Shown piece after piece: positions 7,934-21,346 of a stretch of 24,564 bases of DNA; the stretch's first letter is position 1, and every line of letters starts with the position of its first letter. Made by a program: the position numbers and the translations under genes. This stretch comes from a virus (Duplodnaviria > Heunggongvirae > Uroviricota > Caudoviricetes). Under the pieces are notes generated by a model, which did not search any database, was not told the DNA's origin, and worked only from the letters and a program-made list of their open reading frames with translations. The stretch lies in IMG/VR virus record IMGVR_UViG_2563366949_000003; one strand, given 5' to 3'.

Positions 7934-8485
7934 ATGACTCAAGACTATGAACTGGTTGTGAAAGGAGTTCGCAATTTTGAGAATAAAGTGGCGGTAACTG
8001 TAGCCTTACGGGACAAAAAACACTTTGACGGTGAAATTTTTGACCTGGACATCTCGCTGGACCGTGTTGAAGGTGCCGCGCTGGAGTTTTATGAGGCAGC
8101 AGCCAGAAGGAGCATCAGACAGGTCTTCCTGGATGTTGCTGCCGGGTTATGTGAAGGGGATGAGCAGTCGCCGGAAAAGCGCCCCATAATTTTAGAGGCG
8201 CAGAATGTGTGGATAACCTACAAAGGAAAGCTACCGGGAAGAATTACTGGTTCTCTGAAGACGCCACCGACGGCATTGCGGTCAGAAAAAGATGATATTG
8301 AATCGCCCATTGAAAAACTGGAGGGCAGCGTCGCTGATCTGAATAAAAAATTGTCGGTGCTGATTCCTTCTGAAGATGAAAAAAAACGCCGCGATGAGCA
8401 GTTTGCGGCGTTTTACGATTATTGCATTGAAGTTACTCGCAGGAATTTTGTGAAGATTTTTGAGGAGGGTAAATCTCTTCAGTAA
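7934..8485 (+). CDS. DUF1327 (YdfR-like) protein with C-terminal extension
   Basis: ATG 7934 follows the holin stop. The N-terminus MTQDYELVVKGVRNFENK... resembles Qin YdfR, but this ORF is 183 aa versus about 100 aa recalled for YdfR. Its 3' end overlaps the convergent ORF by 53 nt and contains a hairpin. Confidence 0.5.
   Translation: MTQDYELVVKGVRNFENKVAVTVALRDKKHFDGEIFDLDISLDRVEGAALEFYEAAARRSIRQVFLDVAAGLCEGDEQSPEKRPIILEAQNVWITYKGKLPGRITGSLKTPPTALRSEKDDIESPIEKLEGSVADLNKKLSVLIPSEDEKKRRDEQFAAFYDYCIEVTRRNFVKIFEEGKSLQ
8379..8414 (-). terminator. Intrinsic terminator for minus-strand ORF 8433-8693 (GC stem CGCCGC/GCGGCG, then U8 on the minus strand)
   Basis: The inverted repeat 8387-8392 / 8405-8410 is followed on the minus strand by the complement of an 8-A run. 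It lies about 20 nt past the minus-strand stop. Confidence 0.5.
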
Positions 8486-8693
8486 GCTTATTGGCGGACG
8501 CTGCAATTAATTCAGGAAGGTCCGCAAGGTCATCTGTCAGTGGATATGATGAAAAATCGGCGGCAGTTCTGTTAAGAAGCGCTTTAACTAATTCCTTTTC
8601 CTTCTCCGGCAACAAGTTGATTAGAGCTACGACTGCTTGCCTGAGTGCGATTAAATCAGCAAAAGTTTGTTTTGGTAGATTTGTGTAATCCAT
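8433..8693 (-). CDS. Hypothetical acidic protein (86 aa), convergent to the late operon inside the lysis cassette
   Basis: AGAGG lies 6 nt upstream of the ATG at 8691-8693, and a strong terminator follows the stop. The product MDYTNLPKQTFADLIALRQAVVALINLLPEKEKELVKALLNRTAADFSSYPLTDDLADLPELIAASANKLTEEIYPPQKSSQNSCE has no recognised family. Confidence 0.4.
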   Translation of the reverse strand: MDYTNLPKQTFADLIALRQAVVALINLLPEKEKELVKALLNRTAADFSSYPLTDDLADLPELIAASANKLTEEIYPPQKSSQNSCE

Positions 8694-8806
8694 AGTCGCC
8701 TCTGTGTTTATCAGACTGACATCCTCCTCCCGCCAGTGCCCATCACTGGTGAGGTAAGATTTAACATATCCGGGGATTTGAAGCCGATAAATCCTGATAA
8801 ATATCC

Positions 8807-9834
<1,028 letters not shown>

Positions 9835-10085
9835 ATTAATATTAAATCGGATTATTTTTAGCGCTGAATGTGAAATTTAAATAAAAAGGACTCTTCCATG
9901 AGTCAAAATCCTTGAAATCTTAAGGGTAAGATAAAAGGTCATTAGACAGAATGACACGTTTTATTAATAAATAAAGCTATTGTTTCATTCGTGTGTTTTT
10001 CTTTACAAAAGTAATCCTTGCTATGGTTGGTTAATCATGCGTTAATGGTGTTCTGGTTTGTTACAAAATTATCTGAAGCAGTCAT

Positions 10086-10094
10086 TGTTATAAT
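10086..10094 (+). promoter_or_regulatory. Candidate extended -10 promoter element (TGTTATAAT) for cspI
   Basis: A perfect TGnTATAAT lies about 105 nt upstream of the cspI ATG, consistent with the long leaders of csp genes. It has not been tested. Confidence 0.3.
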
Positions 10095-10197
10095 TTTATT
10101 ATTTGTACCTCTTGAGATTTCCTTGTTGGTTTTTCTCTCTGATATTTTTTTTCGGACCATTCTGCCCAAGGGCTAACTTCTTCAAAAGGTAATAATG

Positions 10198-10410
10198 ATG
10201 TCTAACAAAATGACTGGTTTAGTGAAATGGTTTAACCCTGAAAAAGGTTTTGGTTTCATCACGCCGAAAGATGGTAGCAAAGATGTGTTTGTCCATTTCT
10301 CAGCTATTCAGAGCAACGATTTCAAAACGTTAACTGAGAATCAGGAAGTCGAATTTGGTATTGAGAACGGACCTAAAGGCCCCGCGGCTGTTCATGTTGT
10401 GGCACTTTGA
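10198..10410 (+). CDS. cspI: Cold-shock protein CspI
   Basis: The 70-aa product [70 protein letters not shown] matches CspI as recalled. Confidence 0.9.
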   Translation: MSNKMTGLVKWFNPEKGFGFITPKDGSKDVFVHFSAIQSNDFKTLTENQEVEFGIENGPKGPAAVHVVAL

Positions 10411-10609
10411 GGTAGAAAATATTACAAACCATATTCACTTTAGATGCCCGTGTTGCCATGGTTCTCAGTATAGAACATCATCTTTTGATGTTTCTGACAG
10501 GAATCCTTTCGGGGCAAAATGTATCTTTTGTAAATCAATGATGATTACATTTGATAATATTTCACAATACTTAAATGTTAGCCGTCTGTCGTTAGATTTA
10601 AGAAAGTGA
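10394..10609 (+). CDS. Candidate small zinc-ribbon ORF (CPCCHG...CIFC) downstream of cspI
   Basis: An in-frame ATG at 10394 overlaps the cspI 3' end, and the stop lies 6 nt before the terminator at 10615. The RBS is weak and the start uncertain; the track's TTG start is at 10355. Confidence 0.3.
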   Translation: MLWHFEVENITNHIHFRCPCCHGSQYRTSSFDVSDRNPFGAKCIFCKSMMITFDNISQYLNVSRLSLDLRK

Positions 10610-10614
10610 AAATG

Positions 10615-10638
10615 AAGGCTCCTTCGGGAGCTTTTTTG
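10615..10638 (+). terminator. Rho-independent terminator (GGCTCC-TTCG-GGAGC then TTTTTTG)
   Basis: GC stem with a UUCG tetraloop followed by a U-tract, about 200 nt downstream of cspI. Confidence 0.6.
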
Positions 10639-10681
10639 CTTAGTGTCTAGTCGATGGATACTCACATATTACGGTAACATT

Positions 10682-10912
10682 ATGAAAAAAATAATAGTTT
10701 TTTTTAACTCTGAACCAGCAATGGTAGTGCCAGTGATGACCGGAGTTAACACCATCATGCGTGAATATCCAAATGGCGAAACAACACACCTCACTGTAAT
10801 GGCTGCAGGGTTTCCATCTCTGACCGGAGATCATAAAGTCATTTATGTAGCAGCGGATCGACATGTAACTTCAGAAGAAATTCTGGAAGCAGCAATGAGA
10901 CTCTTGAATTGA
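10682..10912 (+). CDS. Hypothetical protein (76 aa)
   Basis: ATG 10682 is the first ATG of the ORF and has no clear RBS. The stop TGA 10910-10912 lies 4 bp before the IS2 left end and is native, not created by the insertion. No family recognised. Confidence 0.3.
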   Translation: MKKIIVFFNSEPAMVVPVMTGVNTIMREYPNGETTHLTVMAAGFPSLTGDHKVIYVAADRHVTSEEILEAAMRLLN

Positions 10913-11007
10913 TTTGTAGACTGGCCCCCTGAATCTCCAGACAACCAATATCACTTATTTAAGTGATAGTCTTAATACTAGTTTTTAGACTAGTCATTGG
11001 AGAGCAG

Positions 11008-11373
11008 ATGATTGATGTCTTAGGACCGGAGAAACGCAGACGGCGTACCACACAGGAAAAGATCGCAATTGTTCAGCAGAGCTTTGAACCAGGGATGACG
11101 GTCTCCCTCGTTGCCCGGCAACACGGTGTGGCAGCCAGCCAGTTATTTCTCTGGCGTAAGCAATACCAGGAAGGAAGTCTTACTGCTGTCGCCGCCGGAG
11201 AACAGGTTGTTCCTGCCTCTGAACTTGCTGCCGCCATGAAGCAGATTAAAGAACTCCAGCGCCTGCTCGGCAAGAAAACGATGGAAAATGAACTCCTCAA
11301 AGAAGCCGTTGAATATGGACGGGCAAAAAAGTGGATAGCGCACGCGCCCTTATTGCCCGGGGATGGGGAGTAA
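11008..11373 (+). CDS. insC: IS2 transposase OrfA (InsC)
   Basis: The 121-aa product [41 protein letters not shown]... contains a helix-turn-helix. The slippery A6G at 11325-11331 is at its 3' end. Confidence 0.9.
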
Positions 11374-12236
11374 GCTTAGTCAGCCGTTGTCTCCGGGTGT
11401 CGCGTGCGCAGTTGCACGTCATTCTCAGACGAACCGATGACTGGATGGATGGCCGCCGCAGTCGTCACACTGATGATACGGATGTGCTTCTCCGTATACA
11501 CCATGTTATCGGAGAGCTGCCCACGTATGGTTATCGTCGGGTATGGGCGCTGCTTCGCAGACAGGCAGAACTTGATGGTATGCCTGCGATCAATGCCAAA
11601 CGTGTTTACCGGATCATGCGCCAGAATGCGCTGTTGCTTGAGCGAAAACCTGCTGTACCGCCATCGAAACGGGCACATACAGGCAGAGTGGCTGTGAAAG
11701 AAAGTAATCAGCGATGGTGCTCTGACGGGTTCGAGTTCCGCTGTGATAACGGAGAAAAACTGCGAGTCACGTTCGCGCTGGACTGCTGTGACCGTGAGGC
11801 ACTGCACTGGGCGGTCACTACGGGCGGCTTCAACAGTGAAACAGTACAGGACGTCATGCTGGGAGCGGTGGAACGCCGCTTCGGCAACGAGCTTCCGGCG
11901 TCTCCAGTAGAGTGGCTGACGGATAATGGTTCATGCTACCGGGCTAATGAAACACGGCAGTTTGCCCGGATGTTGGGGCTTGAACCGAAGAGCACGGCGG
12001 TGCGGAGTCCGGAGAGTAACGGCATAGCAGAGAGCTTCGTGAAAACGATAAAGCGTGACTACATCAGTGTCATGCCCAAACCAGACGGGTTAACGGCAGC
12101 AAAGAACCTTGCAGAGGCGTTCGAGCATTATAACGAATGGCATCCGCATAGTGCACTGGGTTATCGCTCGCCACGGGAATATCTGCGGCAGCAAGCCAGT
12201 AATGGGTTAAGTGATAACAGGTGTCTGGAAATATAG
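11331..12236 (+). CDS. insD: IS2 transposase OrfB (InsD; DDE catalytic domain, made as InsCD fusion by -1 frameshift)
   Basis: The 301-aa ORF is in the -1 frame relative to insC and overlaps it. It carries an IS3-family DDE integrase core. Confidence 0.9.
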
Positions 12237-12420
12237 GGGCAAATCCAATTTGATTCTAATGCATTGATAATAAATGATAATCATCTTTATCTGTTTGTGT
12301 GAAATTTAGACCGTCGTATGTTGATTATTGCGATGTTTCATCTTATCTTTTATACGTTTGCTCCATATAATTGACACTACTGTGTACCAGGAAAGTCATA
12401 ACAGACTAAAAGAGGAAATG

Positions 12421-12594
12421 ATGAACATTGAAGAGTTAAAAACAAAAACAGAAGCAGATATTTCTGAATATATAACAAAAAAAATCATTGAGCTTAAGAA
12501 AAAGACCGGGAAAGAAGTTACCAGTATCCAGTTTACTGCACGGGAAAAAATGACTGGTCTTGAAAGCTATGATATCAAGATTGATTTAATCTAG
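12421..12594 (+). CDS. gnsB: GnsA/GnsB family protein
   Basis: AGAGGA RBS precedes the ATG. The 57-aa product MNIEELKTKTEADISEYITKKIIELKKKTGKEVTSIQFTAREKMTGLESYDIKIDLI matches the GnsA/GnsB family. Confidence 0.8.
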   Translation: MNIEELKTKTEADISEYITKKIIELKKKTGKEVTSIQFTAREKMTGLESYDIKIDLI

Positions 12595-12650
12595 TCTGTT
12601 TATAGTATTAGCATCAATTTCTTGTCAGATGCTATTCAACAATACAATTT

Positions 12651-12682
12651 ACCCATAAACCTCGTTTTTACGGGGTTTTGTT
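12651..12682 (+). terminator. Putative terminator downstream of gnsB (AAACCTCG-loop-CGGGGTTTTGTT)
   Basis: Imperfect stem with one G-U pair, followed by a T-rich tract. Confidence 0.35.
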
Positions 12683-12889
12683 ATATTTAAACATTACCGA
12701 ATAGATATAAATCTCGATAGTCGGTGGTATTGGTTGTGTGACAATACCTAGTCTTTTCGGTATGCCTGGAGAGAATACAAACGACAGATTATGTAAGGGA
12801 AACGCGCTGAAACTTTCACACTTTCATGCTGAGTGATTTGACGTTATATTTTTAGCCGCAAGTGAAGAGCAAACGCATGGAGCGACAAA

Positions 12890-13096
12890 ATGCATAAAGA
12901 TCAATACACTGATGACTCATCCCTGGATCAGGTCCGTGTAAAAACTATGCTCACTAGCACCATTTCTATGAGTTATCCGGATGTTGTAATTGCATGTATA
13001 GAACATCAAGTGTCTCTGGAAGCATTCAGGGCAATTGAGGCAGCGTTGGTGAAGCACGATAAGAATTCGAAGGATTATTCCCTGGTGGTTGACTGA
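12890..13096 (+). CDS. Hypothetical small protein (68 aa), possibly YbcW/YnfO-like
   Basis: The [71 protein letters not shown] sits where DLP12 and Qin carry small uncharacterised genes. The family assignment is from memory only. Confidence 0.35.
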   Translation: MHKDQYTDDSSLDQVRVKTMLTSTISMSYPDVVIACIEHQVSLEAFRAIEAALVKHDKNSKDYSLVVD

Positions 13097-13346
13097 TCAC
13101 CATAACTGCTAACCATTCAAACTATTTCACCTGTGACAGAGTCAATATCGCATTCTGTCACTGTCAGGCTAATACAGAACTACAATTCAACTACTGCAAT
13201 GCCTCGTAATTAGGTGAATTTACAATATCGTCCTGTTCGGATGCCAACTGCATTTCTGAGGATAAGGCGTTTATGACTCACATATTTGTCCCACACGCTC
13301 GCCAGTCCTGTGCGGGGTGGGAGGGGAGGTAAAGAAACCGGGATGT

Positions 13347-13541
13347 TCATCCATCATCACTTTGGATTGATGTATATGCTCTCTTTTCTGACGTTAGTCT
13401 CCGACGGCAGGCTTCAATGACCCAGGCTGAGAAATTCCCAGACCCTTTTTGCTCAAGAGCGATGTTAATTTGTTCAATCATTTGGTTAGGAAAGCGGATG
13501 TTGCGGGTTGTTGTTCTGCGGGTTCTGTTCTTCGTTGACAT
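13347..13541 (-). CDS. DUF3950 (YlcI-like) small protein
   Basis: The 64-aa product MSTKNRTRRTTTRNIRFPNQMIEQINIALEQKGSGNFSAWVIEACRRRLTSEK... resembles YlcI, which lies just upstream of the terminase region in DLP12. Confidence 0.55.
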   Translation of the reverse strand: MSTKNRTRRTTTRNIRFPNQMIEQINIALEQKGSGNFSAWVIEACRRRLTSEKRAYTSIQSDDG

Positions 13542-13740
13542 GAGGTTGCCCCGTATTCAGTGTCGCTGATTTGTATTGTCTGAAGTTGTTTTTACGTTAA
13601 GTTGATGCAGATCAATTAATACGATACCTGCGTCATAATTGATTATTTGACGTGGTTTGATGGCGTAGATGCACGTTGTGACATGTAGATGATAATTATT
13701 ATCATTTTGCGGGTCCTTTCCGGCGATCCGACAGGTTACG

Positions 13741-13752
13741 GGGCGGCGACCT
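13741..13752 (+). other. cosN cohesive-end site (lambda 12-nt overhang GGGCGGCGACCT), within the cos region ~13700-13905
   Basis: CGATCCGACAGGTTACG|GGGCGGCGACCTCGCGGGTTTTCGCTATTTATGAAAATTTTCC matches the junction of the lambda right and left ends. The nu1 start lies 189 bp downstream, as in lambda. Confidence 0.85.
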
Positions 13753-13929
13753 CGCGGGTTTTCGCTATTTATGAAAATTTTCCGGCTTAAGGCGTTTCCG
13801 TTCTTCTTCGTCGTAACTTAATGTTTTTATTTAAAATACCCCCTGAAAAGAAAGGAAACGACAGGTGCTGAAAACGAACTTTTGGGCCTCTGTCGTTTCC
13901 TTTCTCTGTTTTGGGCCGTGGAATGAACA

Positions 13930-14449
13930 ATGGAAGTCAACAAAAAGCAGCTGGCTGACATTTTCGGTGCGAGTATCCGTACCATTCAGAACTGGCAGGA
14001 ACAGGGAATGCCCGTTCTGCGAGGCGGTGGCAAGGGTAATGAGGTGCTTTATGACTCTGCCGCCGTTATAAAATGGTATGCCGAAAGGGATGCTGAAATT
14101 GAGAACGAAAAGCTGCGCCGGGAGGTTGAAGAACTGCTGCAGGCCAGCGAGACAGATCTCCAGCCAGGGACTATTGAGTACGAACGCCATCGACTTACGC
14201 GTGCGCAGGCCGATGCACAGGAGCTGAAAAATGCCAGAGACTCCGCTGAAGTGGTGGAAACCGCATTCTGTACTTTCGTGCTGTCGCGTATCGCAGGTGA
14301 AATTGCCAGTATTCTCGACGGGATCCCCCTGTCGGTGCAGCGGCGTTTTCCGGAACTGGAAAACCGACATGTTGATTTCCTGAAACGGGATATCATCAAA
14401 GCCATGAACAAAGCAGCCGCGCTGGATGAACTGATACCGGGGTTGCTGA

Positions 14450-14475
<26 letters not shown>
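13930..14475 (+). CDS. nu1: Terminase small subunit Nu1
   Basis: The 181-aa product MEVNKKQLADIFGASIRTIQNWQEQGMPVLRGGGKGNEVLYD... is essentially identical to lambda gpNu1. Confidence 0.95.
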
Positions 14476-18156
<3,681 letters not shown>

Positions 18157-18176
<20 letters not shown>

Positions 18177-19476
18177 TCTCCCGCATATTACCAGTATGGC
18201 CTTTAATGAGCCGCTGATGCTTGAACCCGCCTATGCGCGGGTTTTCTTTTGTGCGCTTGCAGGCCAGCTTGGGATCAGCCGCCTGACGGATGCGGTATCC
18301 GGCGACAGCCTGACTGCCGGAGAGGCACCCGCGGCGCTGGCGTTATCCGTTGATGATGACGGACCACGGCAGGCCCGCAGTTATCAGGTCATGAACGGCA
18401 TCGCCGTGCTGCCGGTGTCCGGCACGCTGGTCAGTCGGACGCGAGCGCTGCAGCCGTATTCGGGGATGACCGGTTACAACGGCATTATCGCCCGTCTGCA
18501 ACAGGCTGCCAGCGACCCGATGGTGGACGGCATTCTGCTCGATATGGATACGCCAGGCGGGATGGTGGCAGGGGCATTTGACTGCGCTGACATCATCGCC
18601 CGTGTGCGTGACATAAAGCCGGTATGGGCGCTGGCCAATGACATGAACTGCAGCGCAGGTCAGCTGCTTGCCAGTGCCGCCTCCCGGCGTCTGGTCACGC
18701 AGACCGCCCGGACAGGCTCCATCGGCGTCATGATGGCTCACAGTAATTACGGTGCTGCGCTGGAGAAACAGGGCGTGGAAATCACGCTGATTTACAGCGG
18801 CAGCCATAAGGTGGATGGCAACCCCTACAGCCATCTACCGGATGATGTCCGGGAAACACTGCAGTCCCGGATGGATGCAACCCGCCGGATGTTTGCACAG
18901 AAGGTGTCGGCATATACCGGCCTGTCCGTGCAGGCTGTGCTGGATACCGAGGCTGCAGTGTACAGCGGTCAGGAGGCCATTGATGCCGGACTGGCTGATG
19001 AACTTGTTAACAGTACCGATGCGATCACCATCATGCGTGATGCACTGGATGCACGTAAATCCCGTCTCTCAGGAGGGCGAATGACCAAAGAGACTCAATC
19101 AACAACTGTTTCAGCCACTGCTTCGCAGGCTGACGTTACTGGCGTGGTGCAAGCGACGGAGGGCGAGAACGCCAGCGCTGCGCAGCCGGACGTGAACGCG
19201 CAGATCACCGCAGCTGTTGCGGCAGAAAACAGTCGCATTATGGGGATCCTCAACTGTGAGGAGGCTCACGGACGCGAAGAACAGGCACGCGTGCTGGCCG
19301 AAACCCCCGGTATGACCGTGGAAACGGCCCGCCGCATTCTGGCAGTTGCACCACAGAGTGCACAGGCGCGCAGTGACACTGCGCTGGATCGTCTGATGCA
19401 GGGGGCACCGGCACCGCTGGCTGCAGGTAACCCGGCATCTGATGCCGTTAACGATTTGCTGAACACACCAGTGTAA
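18157..19476 (+). CDS. C: Head protease / minor capsid protein C
   Basis: GTG start at 18157 (VTAELRNLPHI...) gives the 439-aa lambda-like gpC. The track's 18022 start is an in-frame read-through of the B 3' end. Confidence 0.9.
18871..19476 (+). CDS. nu3: Scaffolding protein Nu3 (in-frame internal start within C)
   Basis: An internal ATG at 18871 in the C frame (MDATRRMFAQ...) matches the lambda nu3 arrangement. Confidence 0.75.
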   Translation: MDATRRMFAQKVSAYTGLSVQAVLDTEAAVYSGQEAIDAGLADELVNSTDAITIMRDALDARKSRLSGGRMTKETQSTTVSATASQADVTGVVQATEGENASAAQPDVNAQITAAVAAENSRIMGILNCEEAHGREEQARVLAETPGMTVETARRILAVAPQSAQARSDTALDRLMQGAPAPLAAGNPASDAVNDLLNTPV

Positions 19477-19485
19477 GGGATGTTT

Positions 19486-19818
19486 ATGACGAGCAAAGAA
19501 ACCTTTACCCATTACCAGCCGCTGGGCAACAGTGACCCGGCACATACGGCAACCGCGCCCGGCGGATTGAGTGCGAAAGCGCCTGCAATGACCCCGCTGA
19601 TGCTGGATACCTCCACCCGTAAGCTGGTTGCGTGGGATGGCACCACCGACGGTGCTGCCGTTGGCATTCTGGCGGTTGATGCTGACCAGACCAGCACCAC
19701 GCTGACGTTCTACAAGTCCGGCACGTTCCGTTATGAGGATGTGCTCTGGCCGGAGGCTGCCAGCGACGAGACGAAGAAACGGACCGCGTTTGCCGGAACG
19801 GCAATCAGCATCGTTTAA
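19486..19818 (+). CDS. D: Head decoration protein D
   Basis: The 110-aa product [27 protein letters not shown]... matches lambda gpD. Confidence 0.95.
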   Translation: MTSKETFTHYQPLGNSDPAHTATAPGGLSAKAPAMTPLMLDTSTRKLVAWDGTTDGAAVGILAVDADQTSTTLTFYKSGTFRYEDVLWPEAASDETKKRTAFAGTAISIV

Positions 19819-19837
19819 CCTTACCCTTCATCACTAA

Positions 19838-19861
19838 AGGCCGCCTGTGCGGCTTTTTTTA
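19838..19861 (+). terminator. Hairpin with U-tract between D and E (GGCCGC-CTGT-GCGGCTTTTTTT)
   Basis: Inverted repeat followed by seven T. It probably modulates the D/E expression ratio within the late operon. Confidence 0.5.
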
Positions 19862-19872
19862 CGGGATTTTTT

Positions 19873-20898
19873 ATGTCGATGTACACAACCGCCCAGCTGC
19901 TGGCGGCAAATGAGAAGAAATTTAAGTTTGATCCGCTGTTTCTGCGTCTCTTTTTCCGTGAGAGCTATCCCTTCACCACGGAGAAAGTCTATCTCTCACA
20001 AATTCCGGGACTGGTAAACATGGCGCTGTACGTTTCGCCGATTGTTTCCGGTGAGGTTATCCGCTCCCGTGGCGGCTCCACCTCTGAATTTACACCGGGA
20101 TATGTCAAGCCGAAGCATGAGGTGAATCCGCAGATGACCCTGCGTCGCCTGCCGGATGAAGATCCGCAGAATCTGGCGGACCCGGCTTACCGCCGCCGTC
20201 GCATCATCATGCAGAACATGCGAGACGAAGAGCTGGCCATTGCTCAGGTCGAAGAGATGCAGGCCGTTTCTGCCGTGCTTAAGGGCAAATACACCATGAC
20301 CGGTGAAGCCTTCGATCCGGTTGAAGTGGATATGGGCCGCAGTGCGGCGAACAACATCACACAGTCCGGTGGTACGGAGTGGAGCAAGCGTGACAAGTCC
20401 ACGTATGACCCGACCGACGATATCGAAGCCTATGCGCTGAACGCCAGCGGCGTGGTGAATATCATCGTGTTTGATCCGAAAGGCTGGGCGCTGTTCCGTT
20501 CCTTCAAAGCCGTCAAGGAGAAGCTGGATACCCGTCGCGGCTCTCATTCCGAGCTGGAGACAGCGGTAAAAGACCTGGGCGAAGCGGTGTCCTATAAGGG
20601 GATGTATGGCGATACGGCGATCGTCGTGTATTCCGGACAGTACGTGGAAAACGACGTCAAAAAGAACTTCCTTCCGGACAACACGATGGTGCTGGGGAAC
20701 ACTCAGGCACGCGGTCTGCGCACCTATGGCTGCATTCAGGATGCGGACGCACAGCGCGAAGGCATTAACGCCTCTGCCCGCTACCCGAAAAACTGGGTGA
20801 CCACCGGCGATCCGGCGCGTGAGTTCACCATGATTCAGTCAGCACCGCTGATGCTGCTGGCTGACCCTGATGCGTTCGTGTCCGTACAACTGGCGTAA
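19873..20898 (+). CDS. E: Major capsid protein E
   Basis: The 341-aa product is near-identical to lambda gpE. Confidence 0.95.
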   Translation: MSMYTTAQLLAANEKKFKFDPLFLRLFFRESYPFTTEKVYLSQIPGLVNMALYVSPIVSGEVIRSRGGSTSEFTPGYVKPKHEVNPQMTLRRLPDEDPQNLADPAYRRRRIIMQNMRDEELAIAQVEEMQAVSAVLKGKYTMTGEAFDPVEVDMGRSAANNITQSGGTEWSKRDKSTYDPTDDIEAYALNASGVVNIIVFDPKGWALFRSFKAVKEKLDTRRGSHSELETAVKDLGEAVSYKGMYGDTAIVVYSGQYVENDVKKNFLPDNTMVLGNTQARGLRTYGCIQDADAQREGINASARYPKNWVTTGDPAREFTMIQSAPLMLLADPDAFVSVQLA

Positions 20899-20900
20899 TC

Positions 20901-20927
20901 ATGGCCCTTCGGGGCCATTTTCTCTTT
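20901..20927 (+). terminator. Hairpin between E and FI (ATGGCCC-TTCG-GGGCCAT then T-rich)
   Basis: Perfect 7-bp stem with a UUCG loop followed by TTTCTCTTT. Confidence 0.45.
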
Positions 20928-20939
20928 GTGGAGGAGTCC

Positions 20940-21335
20940 ATGACGAAAGATGAACTGATTGCCCGTCTTCAGGTGCTGGGTGAGCAACTGAACCGTGATG
21001 TCAGCCTGACGGGGACGAAAGAAGAACTGGTGCTCCGTGTGGCAGAGCTGGAAGAGGAGCTTGATGACACGGATGACGCTGCCGGTCAGGACACATCTGT
21101 CAGCCCGGAAAATGCGCTGACCGGACATGAAAATGAGGTTGTATCAGCGCAGCCGGATACCGTGACTGATACGGCTGATCTGGTCACGGTTGTGGCACTG
21201 GTGACGCTGCATACTGATGCACTTCACGCCACGCGGGATGAGGCTGTGGCATTTGTGCTGCCGGGAACGGCGTTCCGTGTCTCTGCCGGTGTGGCAGCTG
21301 AAATGACAGAACGTGGCCTGGCCAGAATGCAATAA
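20940..21335 (+). CDS. FI: DNA-packaging protein FI
   Basis: GGAGGAG RBS precedes ATG 20940 (MTKDELIARLQVLGEQLNRDV...). It matches lambda gpFI and is more divergent than the neighbouring genes. Confidence 0.9.
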   Translation: MTKDELIARLQVLGEQLNRDVSLTGTKEELVLRVAELEEELDDTDDAAGQDTSVSPENALTGHENEVVSAQPDTVTDTADLVTVVALVTLHTDALHATRDEAVAFVLPGTAFRVSAGVAAEMTERGLARMQ

Positions 21336-21346
21336 CGGGAGGCGCT

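Larger units (their letters stand above)
10917..12247 (+). mobile_element. IS2 insertion sequence (IS3 family), complete, 1331 bp, flanked by 5-bp target-site duplication ATTTG
   Basis: The left end TAGACTGGCCCCCTGAATCTCCAGACAACC... and right end ...GGTGTCTGGAAATATAGGGGCAAATCCA match IS2 termini as recalled. ATTTG is present at 10912-10916 and 12248-12252. insC and insD are intact inside. Confidence 0.9.

Noticed and set aside
10643-10681. GTG start at 10643 for the 89-aa ORF
   Set aside because: The GTG lies immediately after the terminator U-tract with no RBS. The internal ATG at 10682 is preferred, though the gene itself remains low confidence.
10963-11007. N-terminal extension of the insC ORF beginning inside the IS2 left inverted repeat
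   Set aside because: Canonical InsC starts at MIDVLGPEK (ATG 11008); the upstream codons are terminal-repeat sequence.
13831-14370. 179-aa minus-strand ORF overlapping cos and nu1
   Set aside because: Antisense to nu1 and running through the cos site; lambda has no gene here.
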